This document shows, piece after piece, positions 56,309 to 63,954 of a stretch of 63,954 nucleotides of DNA (positions are counted from its first letter, which is position 1; every line of letters begins with the position of its first letter). Source of the DNA: a virus (Duplodnaviria; Caudoviricetes); the IMG/VR virus record IMGVR_UViG_3300004154_000014, positions 1 to 63,954 of that record. One strand, given 5' to 3'. Under the pieces are notes generated by a model. It did not search any database, was not told the DNA's origin, and worked only from the letters and a program-made list of their open reading frames with translations. Position numbers and translations under genes: made by a program.

Positions 56309-57205
56309 GTGAAATCGAAACTTGCAATCGGCTTTTTCGTTGCCGGCATGACAGGCGCCGGCCTTGCACTGGCCGCCCCCGATACCCGGGATATGGTCAA
56401 GTCCATCCAGACCCAGGGCTGGTTCAAGACCTGCCCGGGCATCATGGCCAGCCTGAGCGCCATGCCGGAACCGTCCGACCATGCCAGTGATACCTGGCGT
56501 GACTTCGTGCTGCTGCGCGCCGGCTGCCTGACTGAGGAACACCGGGAAGTCGAGGCGATCGCCTTCGTTAAGTCCCGGATGGCAGCCACTGGCCGGCGCG
56601 ATGCGAACCTGCTGAACTTCCTCGGAATCAGCCAACTGCGTGCCGGCAAGGACCAGGAGGCCATCGCCAGCTTCGAGGAAGCCCTGCAATACGGTGTCCA
56701 CGACCTCACCAAGAAGGCGATCTACAGCAAGATGGCCGGGGCCTACACTAAGATCGCCAGCCAAACCGGTAGCCGCGACCCTGAGCTGATGGCCAAAGCC
56801 GAGCAATATGGCCAACTCGCCGTCGACCACAACACCGGTCGTGGCGATCCGAGCATTTCCGCCCAGCTAGCGACCATTAAGGCACTGCGCGAGGACTATG
56901 CCGGGGCGATCCGCCTGTTCGACGATGCCCTGGCCCGCAACACCGCCTACCCCCACTGGAAATCGGAGAACATGCGCAAGGTCATGCAGGCCGAGTTCAC
57001 CATGGGTAAAGGTCAAGCGCTGTACAACCAGGGCGCCAAGACCCAAGGAGCTGCGCTGATGGCCCAGGCTGTCGAGATCGCTCCGACCGACAACCTCAAG
57101 ACCGTGATGAGCGCTTTGCGCGAAGTCACCCTCAACCCAGTCCCGGCCGGGCAACTGCCCGAGATCCTTTTGGTACCCTCTGTTCCTCTCGATGAAGACG
57201 TATAA
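56309..57205 (+). CDS. Exported TPR-repeat protein
   Basis: AAGGAG RBS + GTG; signal peptide ending ALA-A; TPR-like LLNFLGISQLRAGKDQEAIASFEEALQY and EDYAGAIRLFDDALA. Confidence 0.78.
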   Translation: MKSKLAIGFFVAGMTGAGLALAAPDTRDMVKSIQTQGWFKTCPGIMASLSAMPEPSDHASDTWRDFVLLRAGCLTEEHREVEAIAFVKSRMAATGRRDANLLNFLGISQLRAGKDQEAIASFEEALQYGVHDLTKKAIYSKMAGAYTKIASQTGSRDPELMAKAEQYGQLAVDHNTGRGDPSISAQLATIKALREDYAGAIRLFDDALARNTAYPHWKSENMRKVMQAEFTMGKGQALYNQGAKTQGAALMAQAVEIAPTDNLKTVMSALREVTLNPVPAGQLPEILLVPSVPLDEDV

Positions 57206-57215
57206 GGAAAGCTCT

Positions 57216-57380
57216 ATGAAAAAATTGTTCGCTGCCTCCTTGCTGCTGACCGGTCTACTGGTCAGCACCATGAGCATGGCCGGCTACCAGTCGGCGATGA
57301 TCCAACGGTGCGATGCAGTGGGTCACTGCTACGTGGTCAATGAACCCTGGGATACCAACCCGCCGCCCTGCTGGATCTGA
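57216..57380 (+). CDS. Small exported peptide (54-aa precursor, 3 Cys in mature part)
   Basis: AAGGA RBS; MKKLFAASLLLTGLLVSTMSMA signal peptide; followed by terminator. Confidence 0.72.
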   Translation: MKKLFAASLLLTGLLVSTMSMAGYQSAMIQRCDAVGHCYVVNEPWDTNPPPCWI

Positions 57381-57398
57381 TTTAAAGGATGGTCCACC

Positions 57399-57425
57399 AA
57401 GCCCGCTTGCGCGGGCTTTTTTTTT
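57399..57425 (+). terminator. Rho-independent terminator
   Basis: AAGCCCGC-TTGC-GCGGGCTT + long T-run. Confidence 0.85.
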
Positions 57426-57439
57426 GCCTGGAGAAATAT

Positions 57440-57859
57440 ATGTGCAAGATCACCACCGCCATGCTGGTCGTCAGCCTGGGCAAGATCGCGTATCACCGGA
57501 TGGACACCGGCCAGATCAACTTCCCCGAGGATCTGGGCATCCCCCTCGATCGCTTCCTCGGTGGCTGCCTGATCGCTGCAGAAGCTGCTGGCGACCTGCT
57601 CGACCAGGTGGTCGACTAGGACAGCTACCATGCCCTGCCCGAGACCGGCTGTTTCAGCTACGACCTCCTCAAGGTCGGTGTGCTCGATGAGTCCCATCCA
57701 GAAAGCTGGTCAGCCCACACAGACCTGGCCACCTACCTGAGCCTACACCTGTCACCAACCGACTGGTACTCGCTGGCCGAGAACCATCGAGTACCGCAGG
57801 GACTCTGTCATCACACCACGGCCTGGCTGTGTGCCCGCGGCATCCCCTTGAAACCATAG
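57440..57859 (+). pseudogene. Hypothetical gene with in-frame amber at 57617-57619
   Basis: GGAG RBS + ATG 57440; frame stays open 79 codons past TAG to TAG 57857-57859. Confidence 0.55.
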
Positions 57860-57878
57860 AAGATAATCGAGAAGGTTT

Positions 57879-58150
57879 AACCATGAATTAATTGAACATG
57901 AACCATGATTCACCAGTACACGAACCATGATCTAGTGAGCCATGACTCTCATGGAATCGTGATTCAGTAGATCATGATCATGTGATTACTGGTTTCATGG
58001 TTCATGTAACAATTGTTCATAGATCAGTAGTTCATGGTTCATGTTTCACGGATTGGCATTCCCTTAAACACGAATTCATGAGCCGGTGAGTCATGGTTAG
58101 GGGTTCAATAACTATGAGTTCATGAGGTAGCATCTCATGGTTCATGATCT
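57879..58150. repeat. parS/parH-like centromere array (AACCATGA / TCATGGTT, CATG-core repeats)
   Basis: Many copies, direct in the left half and inverted in the right half, AT-rich, immediately upstream of parA; further copies at ~59141-59156. Confidence 0.8.
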
Positions 58151-58165
58151 CGTACAGGACCACAC

Positions 58166-58810
58166 ATGATCACAATCATCGGGAGCAACAAGGGCGGGGC
58201 AGGGAAGACCACCACGGCCACCAACATCGCTGTTTGGCTAGCCAAACAGGGAAAAGAGGTATGCCTGGTCGATGCTGATCCGCAGCGATCCGCCTGCCAG
58301 TGGTACGCGGAACGTGAGGATGCTGGAATTGAGCCAGCAATCATCCTGATCGAGCGCCGGGACAATATCTCCAGTGCCCTCAAGTCACTCGGCGAAAAAT
58401 ATGCCCACGTCATCGTCGACGTGGCGGGCCGGAATAGCCGTGAGCTGATCACCGGCGCTGCTGCTGCAGATCTGGTCATCGCCCCGCATCAGGCCAGTCA
58501 GTTTGATCTCAACACCATGGCCGAGCTACAGGAGCAGATCATTCGAGTCCGAGACCTTAACCCTGATCTGCGGGTCCTGGCTTACCACACCATGGCCAGC
58601 ACCAACCCTTCCGTTCGTGAAACTGAGCGGAAGGAGTTCCTGACCTTCATAGCCGAGATCCCCGAGATCGAGGTGATCAATGCGGTCGGCTACTACCGCA
58701 AGGTCTATCGGGATGTGATCGTCACAGGGCGGTCGGTCATCGAGTCCGACAACCCAAGCGCCGTCGCTGAAATCGAAGCTCTTTGCCAGGAAGTATTCCC
58801 CCATGGTTAA
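58166..58810 (+). CDS. parA: ParA (type Ib, ParF-like) partition ATPase
   Basis: Deviant Walker A KGGAGKTT, LVDADPQRS, VIVDVAG; 214 aa with no N-terminal HTH. Confidence 0.93.
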   Translation: MITIIGSNKGGAGKTTTATNIAVWLAKQGKEVCLVDADPQRSACQWYAEREDAGIEPAIILIERRDNISSALKSLGEKYAHVIVDVAGRNSRELITGAAAADLVIAPHQASQFDLNTMAELQEQIIRVRDLNPDLRVLAYHTMASTNPSVRETERKEFLTFIAEIPEIEVINAVGYYRKVYRDVIVTGRSVIESDNPSAVAEIEALCQEVFPHG

Positions 58811-59147
58811 ACCACTCAGCGCTCGCGCAAACGCAAAACCTACCCTGGACCAGGACAAGCTGGAGAAGCTGACTACCGAGCTGGTCGACCGGCCTTTCGG
58901 CGGAGAGGTAAGCCAGAAGGAAAATTCCCTGGTCCTCGAGGTCAAGTCCGAGGCCTCGGCTCCAGAACAAAAGACGGAGAAGCCGGCACGGGTCAAGCGC
59001 CGATCGATCACCATCAGCCTTCCCGAATCGCAGATCGTTGCGCTGGAATATGCGGCTGTAGAGAACAAATATGCCGCCGGCAATGAGCCGTCCACCGTCA
59101 GCGCCATCATTTCGAAAGCATTGACCGACGCTGGCTACAAACCATGA
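58803..59147 (+). CDS. ParG-like small centromere-binding partner (putative RHH)
   Basis: Overlaps parA end; low-structure N-terminus + RSITISLPES..TVSAIISKAL ribbon-helix-helix-like C-terminus. Confidence 0.72.
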   Translation: MVKPLSARANAKPTLDQDKLEKLTTELVDRPFGGEVSQKENSLVLEVKSEASAPEQKTEKPARVKRRSITISLPESQIVALEYAAVENKYAAGNEPSTVSAIISKALTDAGYKP

Positions 59148-59224
59148 ACCATGAATTACGGTATCGTGATCTACCAGAACAGGAACCATTAGAGTTTTTC
59201 TAGTACACCTGGCCGTACCGCCCG

Positions 59225-59248
59225 AGCCCGCCCCGCGCGGGCTTTTTT
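59225..59248 (+). terminator. Rho-independent terminator after par operon
   Basis: AGCCCGC..GCGGGCT + T-run. Confidence 0.8.
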
Positions 59249-59408
59249 GCGCCCCGCGGCGTCTCCCCTGGGATAACGCCGGCTTATCAATTCTTAGCGC
59301 CAGCTATGAGCTGGCGCTTTGCTATCTGTATTTCGTACTGTGGTACGTACCACATACCAATTACATACCGAATCGTCCCTGACTTATATCAAGTGGAGAA
59401 CCCTAGCC

Positions 59409-59873
59409 ATGGGCTACACCCATTATTACGACCAGCAGCGCACCGTCCCGCCCGAGCAATGGACGCTGATCTGCGACGGCTTTCGTCAGCTACTGGTCTT
59501 CTCGCTGCTGGAAGGCAAAACCCTGCCCATCCAACGCGAGCTGGACAATCCTTCCCCCGCGGAAATCGATGAAGAGATAATCGCCTTCAACGGGATCGGC
59601 AATGATGGGCATGAAACCATGGTGCTGCGACGCCAGCTCGTAGCGTTTGCCGGGAACGCCGGCCCCCCCTCTATCCATAACTTCCAGTGCTGCAAGACCA
59701 ACCGCAAACCCTACGACCTGGCAGTCACCGCCCTGCTGGTGATCGCCGACTACTATTCCCCGTGCAGCTGGGAAATTTCCAGCGACGGTGGATCGGAGGG
59801 CTTCAACGAGGCTCTTGCCATGGTCCTGGGAATGCTCCCCAATGTTCACAACCCCCACAGGATTAGCACATGA
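59409..59873 (+). CDS. Hypothetical phage protein
   Basis: MGYTHYY..IAFNG..HET..CKTNRKPYDLAV..ISSDG, a common phage family. Confidence 0.75.
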   Translation: MGYTHYYDQQRTVPPEQWTLICDGFRQLLVFSLLEGKTLPIQRELDNPSPAEIDEEIIAFNGIGNDGHETMVLRRQLVAFAGNAGPPSIHNFQCCKTNRKPYDLAVTALLVIADYYSPCSWEISSDGGSEGFNEALAMVLGMLPNVHNPHRIST

Positions 59874-60088
59874 ACCTGGTTTGCTCAGTCAAGGAAGACG
59901 ACAACCTCTTCTCACTGGATGAATTCCGCGAAGGTTGTCTCAATGGATTATTCATCGACGACGACGGCACTGGCTATTACAGCAATGGCGTAGAATACCA
60001 AACCGAACAGTCGGCCCAGCCCGGCTCGATCTGTCGCGGTGAACATGCCCCCACCTGGGCCACCCATGTGGTCTGGTTCAACAACTGA
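59870..60088 (+). CDS. Small hypothetical protein
   Basis: ATGA overlap; FIDDDGTGYY..THVVWFN. Confidence 0.65.
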   Translation: MNLVCSVKEDDNLFSLDEFREGCLNGLFIDDDGTGYYSNGVEYQTEQSAQPGSICRGEHAPTWATHVVWFNN

Positions 60089-60111
60089 TACTTCCTGCAC
60101 CCAGCAGACAG

Positions 60112-60312
60112 GTGTTGCAGGAATTCTTCAAGGAACTTCCGATGACTGCCCTGCAGCGCCTGGCTCTCAACGAGTTGATCAATGCCATCAAGTTGGCCTC
60201 GATCAGCCATGCCTGGAATTTTATGCCCGAAGAACGCCAGCATGAACTTCTCAGGCTTCTTCCGGTGATTCAGACCGAACTCGACAAACCCGAAGAAACT
60301 GTCGAAAGTTGA
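60112..60312 (+). CDS. Small hypothetical protein
   Basis: Fills gap in operon; start uncertain. Confidence 0.5.
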   Translation: MLQEFFKELPMTALQRLALNELINAIKLASISHAWNFMPEERQHELLRLLPVIQTELDKPEETVES

Positions 60313-60386
60313 CACTTGCCTGTTTAACTGCTTGTCCTCTTCTTATACACTTCGCGGCGACTACCATAAACCGCGAGGTGTTTGTT

Positions 60387-60590
60387 ATGGCGCTCCCCTA
60401 TATCACCGACAACGTAATCGTAGGCAATGGCGAAGTTGTAGCACGACCGACCCAGCAAGGCCTCTGTTACATCCTGCCGGGTAAGGGAGAAACGTATGAT
60501 CGGCAGGAAGCCGTTGCCCATGCTACCCAACTCGATCAACTGATCAGCCGTAACTTGCACAAGTACAACCGCAGACTTTTTCGTCGTTGA
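60387..60590 (+). CDS. Small hypothetical protein (DUF1317-like)
   Basis: GAGG RBS; YILPG..EAVAHA. Confidence 0.55.
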   Translation: MALPYITDNVIVGNGEVVARPTQQGLCYILPGKGETYDRQEAVAHATQLDQLISRNLHKYNRRLFRR

Positions 60591-60641
60591 ACCGGCAGTT
60601 CCCTACAATGGGTCATCTGCCAACTACGAAGGAGTCTCCCC

Positions 60642-60959
60642 ATGCCCTGGGGTAACAATCCGGATTTTCTCAGCCTACTTGGCGCCTTCCTCATCAGTTT
60701 GATTTCCGGCTTCATTTCGATTGCCCAGCGAATTGCCCGTGGGTATCAGGCGAATATTCTCTGGGTCGCCTCGGAGTTTCTCGCTGCAATTCTCTGCGGT
60801 TATTTGATGTGGGATGTTTATCCGATCGTCGCCCCCACGCTGCCCAATTGGGCCACCTTGCCGGTCATGGTGGCCCTGGCTTCCCATGTTGGTGGTCGCT
60901 CGTTCCAGGTGCTTGAGCTGGCTATTCTCAAGCGGTATCGTACCGATACATCTGTTTAA
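60642..60959 (+). CDS. Putative holin (LydA-like, 3 TM)
   Basis: LISLISGFISIAQRI, EFLAAILCGY, LASHVGGRS, basic C-terminus. Confidence 0.72.
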   Translation: MPWGNNPDFLSLLGAFLISLISGFISIAQRIARGYQANILWVASEFLAAILCGYLMWDVYPIVAPTLPNWATLPVMVALASHVGGRSFQVLELAILKRYRTDTSV

Positions 60960-60978
60960 TCCGTTGTTTCTTCCTAGA

Positions 60979-61014
60979 TCCGCCTGTCCCTCGTGGCCAG
61001 GCGGTTTTTTTTTT
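60979..61014 (+). terminator. Rho-independent terminator
   Basis: CCGCCTG..CAGGCGG + long T-run. Confidence 0.8.
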
Positions 61015-61030
61015 GCCCGAGGAAATTCCC

Positions 61031-61282
61031 ATGATGCTGACTCCCCGGCAGGTCGAGTGCTGCCTGTGTTTCCGCGAGCGTGCCCTGCGCTGTGCTGCCA
61101 GCCAGGACGAGCTGCACCGTGCCTTCTACTTCGCCCTCGACGACATCGACCAGGCCTACCGCCTGGGTGCTATCAGCGCCCTCGAGCGCCACACCTACAC
61201 CTTCCACCTGAGCCGGCTCAACCGTGCCCGCCGGGCTGCCTTCGACCCCTGTTCCACCCCCCAGGAGAAAACCCCATGCTGA
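61031..61282 (+). CDS. Hypothetical protein
   Basis: GAGGA RBS. Confidence 0.55.
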   Translation: MMLTPRQVECCLCFRERALRCAASQDELHRAFYFALDDIDQAYRLGAISALERHTYTFHLSRLNRARRAAFDPCSTPQEKTPC

Positions 61283-61653
61283 AAGCCCTGCTGTCCCTCT
61301 TCAAGCGCAAGAAACCCACACCCGCTGCTAAGCCCCAGGCCACCCCCAGCGGACGCCGTGAGCCCCGGCTGGGTACTACTCGCGTAGGCCACCAGCGCAA
61401 GGACCAGGCACCGGTCTTCGACGATCCCTTCACCAACCCAGCCCATCAGCTGAATCCCCAGAGTCTGGCGCTCCAGGCTCACACCCTCAACGCCCTGACC
61501 GACGATGAGCCGGCACGCCGCAGTCACTCCCCCGCTCCTTGCCACGGCAGCGTTTACGGTGGAGGCAGCTACGGCAGCTCTGATTCGAGTAGCAGTTCAT
61601 CCTCCAGCGACAGTGGTTCCAGCTGCTCGGGCGGAAGTTCGAGCTGCGACTGA
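61276..61653 (+). CDS. Hypothetical protein with Ser/Gly-rich tail
   Basis: AGGAG RBS; ends SSDSSSSSSSSDSGSSCSGGSSSCD. Confidence 0.65.
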   Translation: MLKALLSLFKRKKPTPAAKPQATPSGRREPRLGTTRVGHQRKDQAPVFDDPFTNPAHQLNPQSLALQAHTLNALTDDEPARRSHSPAPCHGSVYGGGSYGSSDSSSSSSSSDSGSSCSGGSSSCD

Positions 61654-61689
61654 CCTATTTCACCTTCCACCTCTAAACCAGGAATCACC

Positions 61690-62385
61690 ATGCCCCTCAA
61701 TAGCCTGATCGAGCTGCACAAGTTCAACTTCACCGGTAGCGAAGTCGATACCGACGGCTTCGCCAAGACCCATTGGAATCCGAAGGTTCTGCCCAACGGC
61801 AACCTGGAGGAAACCCCCGAAGGCACCCTGGAACTCTGGGCGCCGACCAAGGGCGCCACCACCCCGGGCTCGAAGAAGACCCGCTCGGAATTCCGTGAAG
61901 TCCAGGAAGGTGTCGAGGACGAATTCAACTGGCAGATTGGCCAGTTCGACCAGTTCCTCAAGGTCACCCTGTTGATCGAGAAGGTCACCCCCGGCGGGCG
62001 GGTGTGTATCGGCCAGGTGCATGTCATCGACAACGACCGTCCACCGATCAAGATCGTGGTGGATGCCAACACCCGCAAGCTGCGGCTGATGTACCGCACC
62101 ACCTTCAATCAGCCGACCGATGTCGGCGAGACCCTGCTGGCCAACCTCGACCTGAGCAAAGCGATCGCCTACTCGCTGCACGTCACCCCTGGCGGAACGG
62201 TCTCGGTCAGCGTCTCCAACAATGGCGTCAGCGCCACCCTTGCCAAGCAGCTCGATGGCAGCTGGGCTTACCGCTGGCTATACTTCAAGGCCGGGATCTA
62301 CAACCAGGACGAGGCCACCGCCGATACCCTGGAAGAGTACGGCACCCATGCCTACCTGACCCGCCTGCTGATTACCCGCACCTGA
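61690..62385 (+). CDS. Polysaccharide lyase family 7 (alginate lyase)
   Basis: PL7 signature motifs RSEFRE, IGQVH, YFKAGIYNQ. Confidence 0.88.
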   Translation: MPLNSLIELHKFNFTGSEVDTDGFAKTHWNPKVLPNGNLEETPEGTLELWAPTKGATTPGSKKTRSEFREVQEGVEDEFNWQIGQFDQFLKVTLLIEKVTPGGRVCIGQVHVIDNDRPPIKIVVDANTRKLRLMYRTTFNQPTDVGETLLANLDLSKAIAYSLHVTPGGTVSVSVSNNGVSATLAKQLDGSWAYRWLYFKAGIYNQDEATADTLEEYGTHAYLTRLLITRT

Positions 62386-62494
62386 CCTCCAAGGGCCGGG
62401 GTTGCCGGCCCCCATCCCTTATGTTCGCACCTGTATATTGTCTGGCTGCCGGCCCGCGCCGGCGGTGCGGCACCCTTTTGCATGGAGAAACGAT

Positions 62495-63649
62495 ATGACC
62501 AACGAAACGACAGCGCCGGCGCAGAGCCTGCACGACCAGATAATGCGCCTGCCGACTGACGCGACCAAGTTTTTCGGAGACATCGAAGAACTGCTCGCCT
62601 ACAAGGCGGGCCACCGTGACGCCTGCCACGCAGCCGCTGAGCTTGCCGCGGGGTATGAGGCTGACGCCCGGCAGGCCGCCCCGGTGGCCGTGCCTGATGA
62701 TCTGCGCGCCAAGGCGGAAAATTTCGTAGCCAGGATGCGCAAAGGCGCGGAGGGCGACCGGGCGGCAGAAAGAGAACTCGAAGGCGAAGACGCTGATGAG
62801 GCGCAGGCTTGTGCGGTTCAGGCGTACATACAAGAGGCTGCCGCTTCCATGGTCGAGCAGTTGCTCGCCGCCGCGCCGACCCCGCCCGCTGGTCCGTGGG
62901 AATTCCCATGCACCCCGCCAGCGCCGGAGACAGACGAATCCATTGCGGCTGACTGTTACGAGAGCATCGCCGACGTACTCAACACTGAGCCAGGCTGGTC
63001 GGTACTGGAGCATGTCGAGTGGATGAAGGAGCTTCTTGGGCAGGCTAGCGAGTACCTGCACGACGTACCGGAAAGCTCAGTCGGTGGCAGCGATGTAGCG
63101 GTTGAGTTGTGTCAACGAATGCGCCTTTGCCTGGCCGGTAAGGCGCCAGGATACTTGGCAGCTATCGCCCCTCCAGCGCCGACCCCGCCAGGGCAGCCGG
63201 CCGCCCCCGTGGACGTGCCGGATGAGCGTGAAGCGTTCGAGCAGTGGGTCGATAGCTACGGATGGCCGATCCAGCGGAGGTCCGATGGTGACACCCGATA
63301 TTATGAGGACCCGACCACCCAACTGGGCTGGGAGGCGTGGAAAGCCCGCGCCCTACTCGCCGCAGCGCCGACCCCGCCCGAGCATACCAAGGTGCAGAAG
63401 TGCGGCTGCACGATGCGCGAGAAACTAGTCGGCGACGGCTGCCACGTCTGCAATCCTGGGCGTGCTGCGGATTTACAAGCCGAGCAGCCCGAATGCGGAT
63501 GCTGCGGGAAGACAGGTCCGTGCGATCTGGACTGCGATGCTGTCGAGAGTGTGCCGCGGGAGCTGCTGTTCAGGATCACTCGAAATGGCGGAGTCGATAC
63601 CCTGCTGGCTATAGATGAACTGCGCGACCTGCTTGGGGGTGGCGCATGA
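62495..63649 (+). CDS. Mosaic hypothetical protein of temperate-phage type
   Basis: GGAG RBS; repeated LLAAAPTPP linkers, DEREAFE..WEAWKARA module. Confidence 0.7.
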   Translation: MTNETTAPAQSLHDQIMRLPTDATKFFGDIEELLAYKAGHRDACHAAAELAAGYEADARQAAPVAVPDDLRAKAENFVARMRKGAEGDRAAERELEGEDADEAQACAVQAYIQEAAASMVEQLLAAAPTPPAGPWEFPCTPPAPETDESIAADCYESIADVLNTEPGWSVLEHVEWMKELLGQASEYLHDVPESSVGGSDVAVELCQRMRLCLAGKAPGYLAAIAPPAPTPPGQPAAPVDVPDEREAFEQWVDSYGWPIQRRSDGDTRYYEDPTTQLGWEAWKARALLAAAPTPPEHTKVQKCGCTMREKLVGDGCHVCNPGRAADLQAEQPECGCCGKTGPCDLDCDAVESVPRELLFRITRNGGVDTLLAIDELRDLLGGGA

Positions 63650-63954
63650 GCGAGGCAGTGAAGCGGTTCATATGGCGTGCGCCAATCTATGAGGCGTCTA
63701 CCGAGATGACCGACCTTTATCCTGATGGCATTCAATATGTCCTCGCCACCGACCACGACCGCATCGTCGCGGAGCTGCACGCTCAAATAGAGCGGGAGGT
63801 GAGTGCGACGAACGCAGAGTGCAATGACTGGGCACGAGAGCACGTAATGCGCATGCAGGTGATGGATGAACGCGATGCCCTGCGCGCCGAGGTCGAGCGG
63901 CTGCGGAAGGATGCGGAGCGGTATCGGTGGCTGCGCGATCATGGGGCAACTGCG
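63646..63954 (+). CDS. Ead/Ea22-like protein (3'-truncated)
   Basis: ATGA overlap; manual translation includes ERDALRAEVERLRKDAERYRWLR, open to window end. Confidence 0.7.
   Translation, partial: MSEAVKRFIWRAPIYEASTEMTDLYPDGIQYVLATDHDRIVAELHAQIEREVSATNAECNDWAREHVMRMQVMDERDALRAEVERLRKDAERYRWLRDHGATA

Noticed and set aside
57879-58150. CRISPR array
   Set aside because: Repeats are 7-9 bp, degenerate and in both orientations, with no unique ~30-bp spacers; they fit a partition centromere
1-63954. tRNA genes, integrase/att sites, genome-wide stop-codon recoding
   Set aside because: None recognised by eye (tRNAscan not run); TAG, TGA and TAA all end well-supported genes

Overview
The window is most of the genome of an N4-like podovirus (Schitoviridae). 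It is GC-rich, and the split nrdJa/nrdJb, PL7 alginate lyase and Ea22-like genes suggest a Pseudomonas-like host. It appears circularly permuted. Order: replication tail (class II RNR, nuclease, primase, Sak4-like ATPase, SSB, RuvC-like resolvase; 1-9.5 kb), minus-strand virion block (3516-aa virion RNA polymerase, ejection/structural proteins, capsid, portal, terminase; 10.3-36.6 kb), probable genome-end junction (~36.7-36.9 kb), early/middle genes (Drc-like cofactor, two-subunit RNAP II, MoxR/VWA pair, helicase, DNA polymerase; 37-54.5 kb) and an accessory region (54.5-64 kb). Main observation: this normally lytic phage type carries what looks like a complete plasmid-maintenance kit. It has an HTH Rep-like gene followed by an origin-like segment (two DnaA boxes, ~16-bp-phased TCA-N3-TGA boxes, AT-rich tract), and a type Ib ParA + small partner flanked by AACCATGA centromere-like repeats. 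This suggests an N4-like phage-plasmid. Also notable: the DNA polymerase is split by a free-standing HNH endonuclease and interrupted again inside motif B by ACT-TG-ACT (a possible 5-nt stop-hop next to a 13-bp hairpin); a terminator-bounded exported TPR protein + small exported peptide cassette; a PL7 alginate lyase; and a repeated early-promoter/leader unit. All calls come from reading motifs and synteny by eye; no database searches were run.
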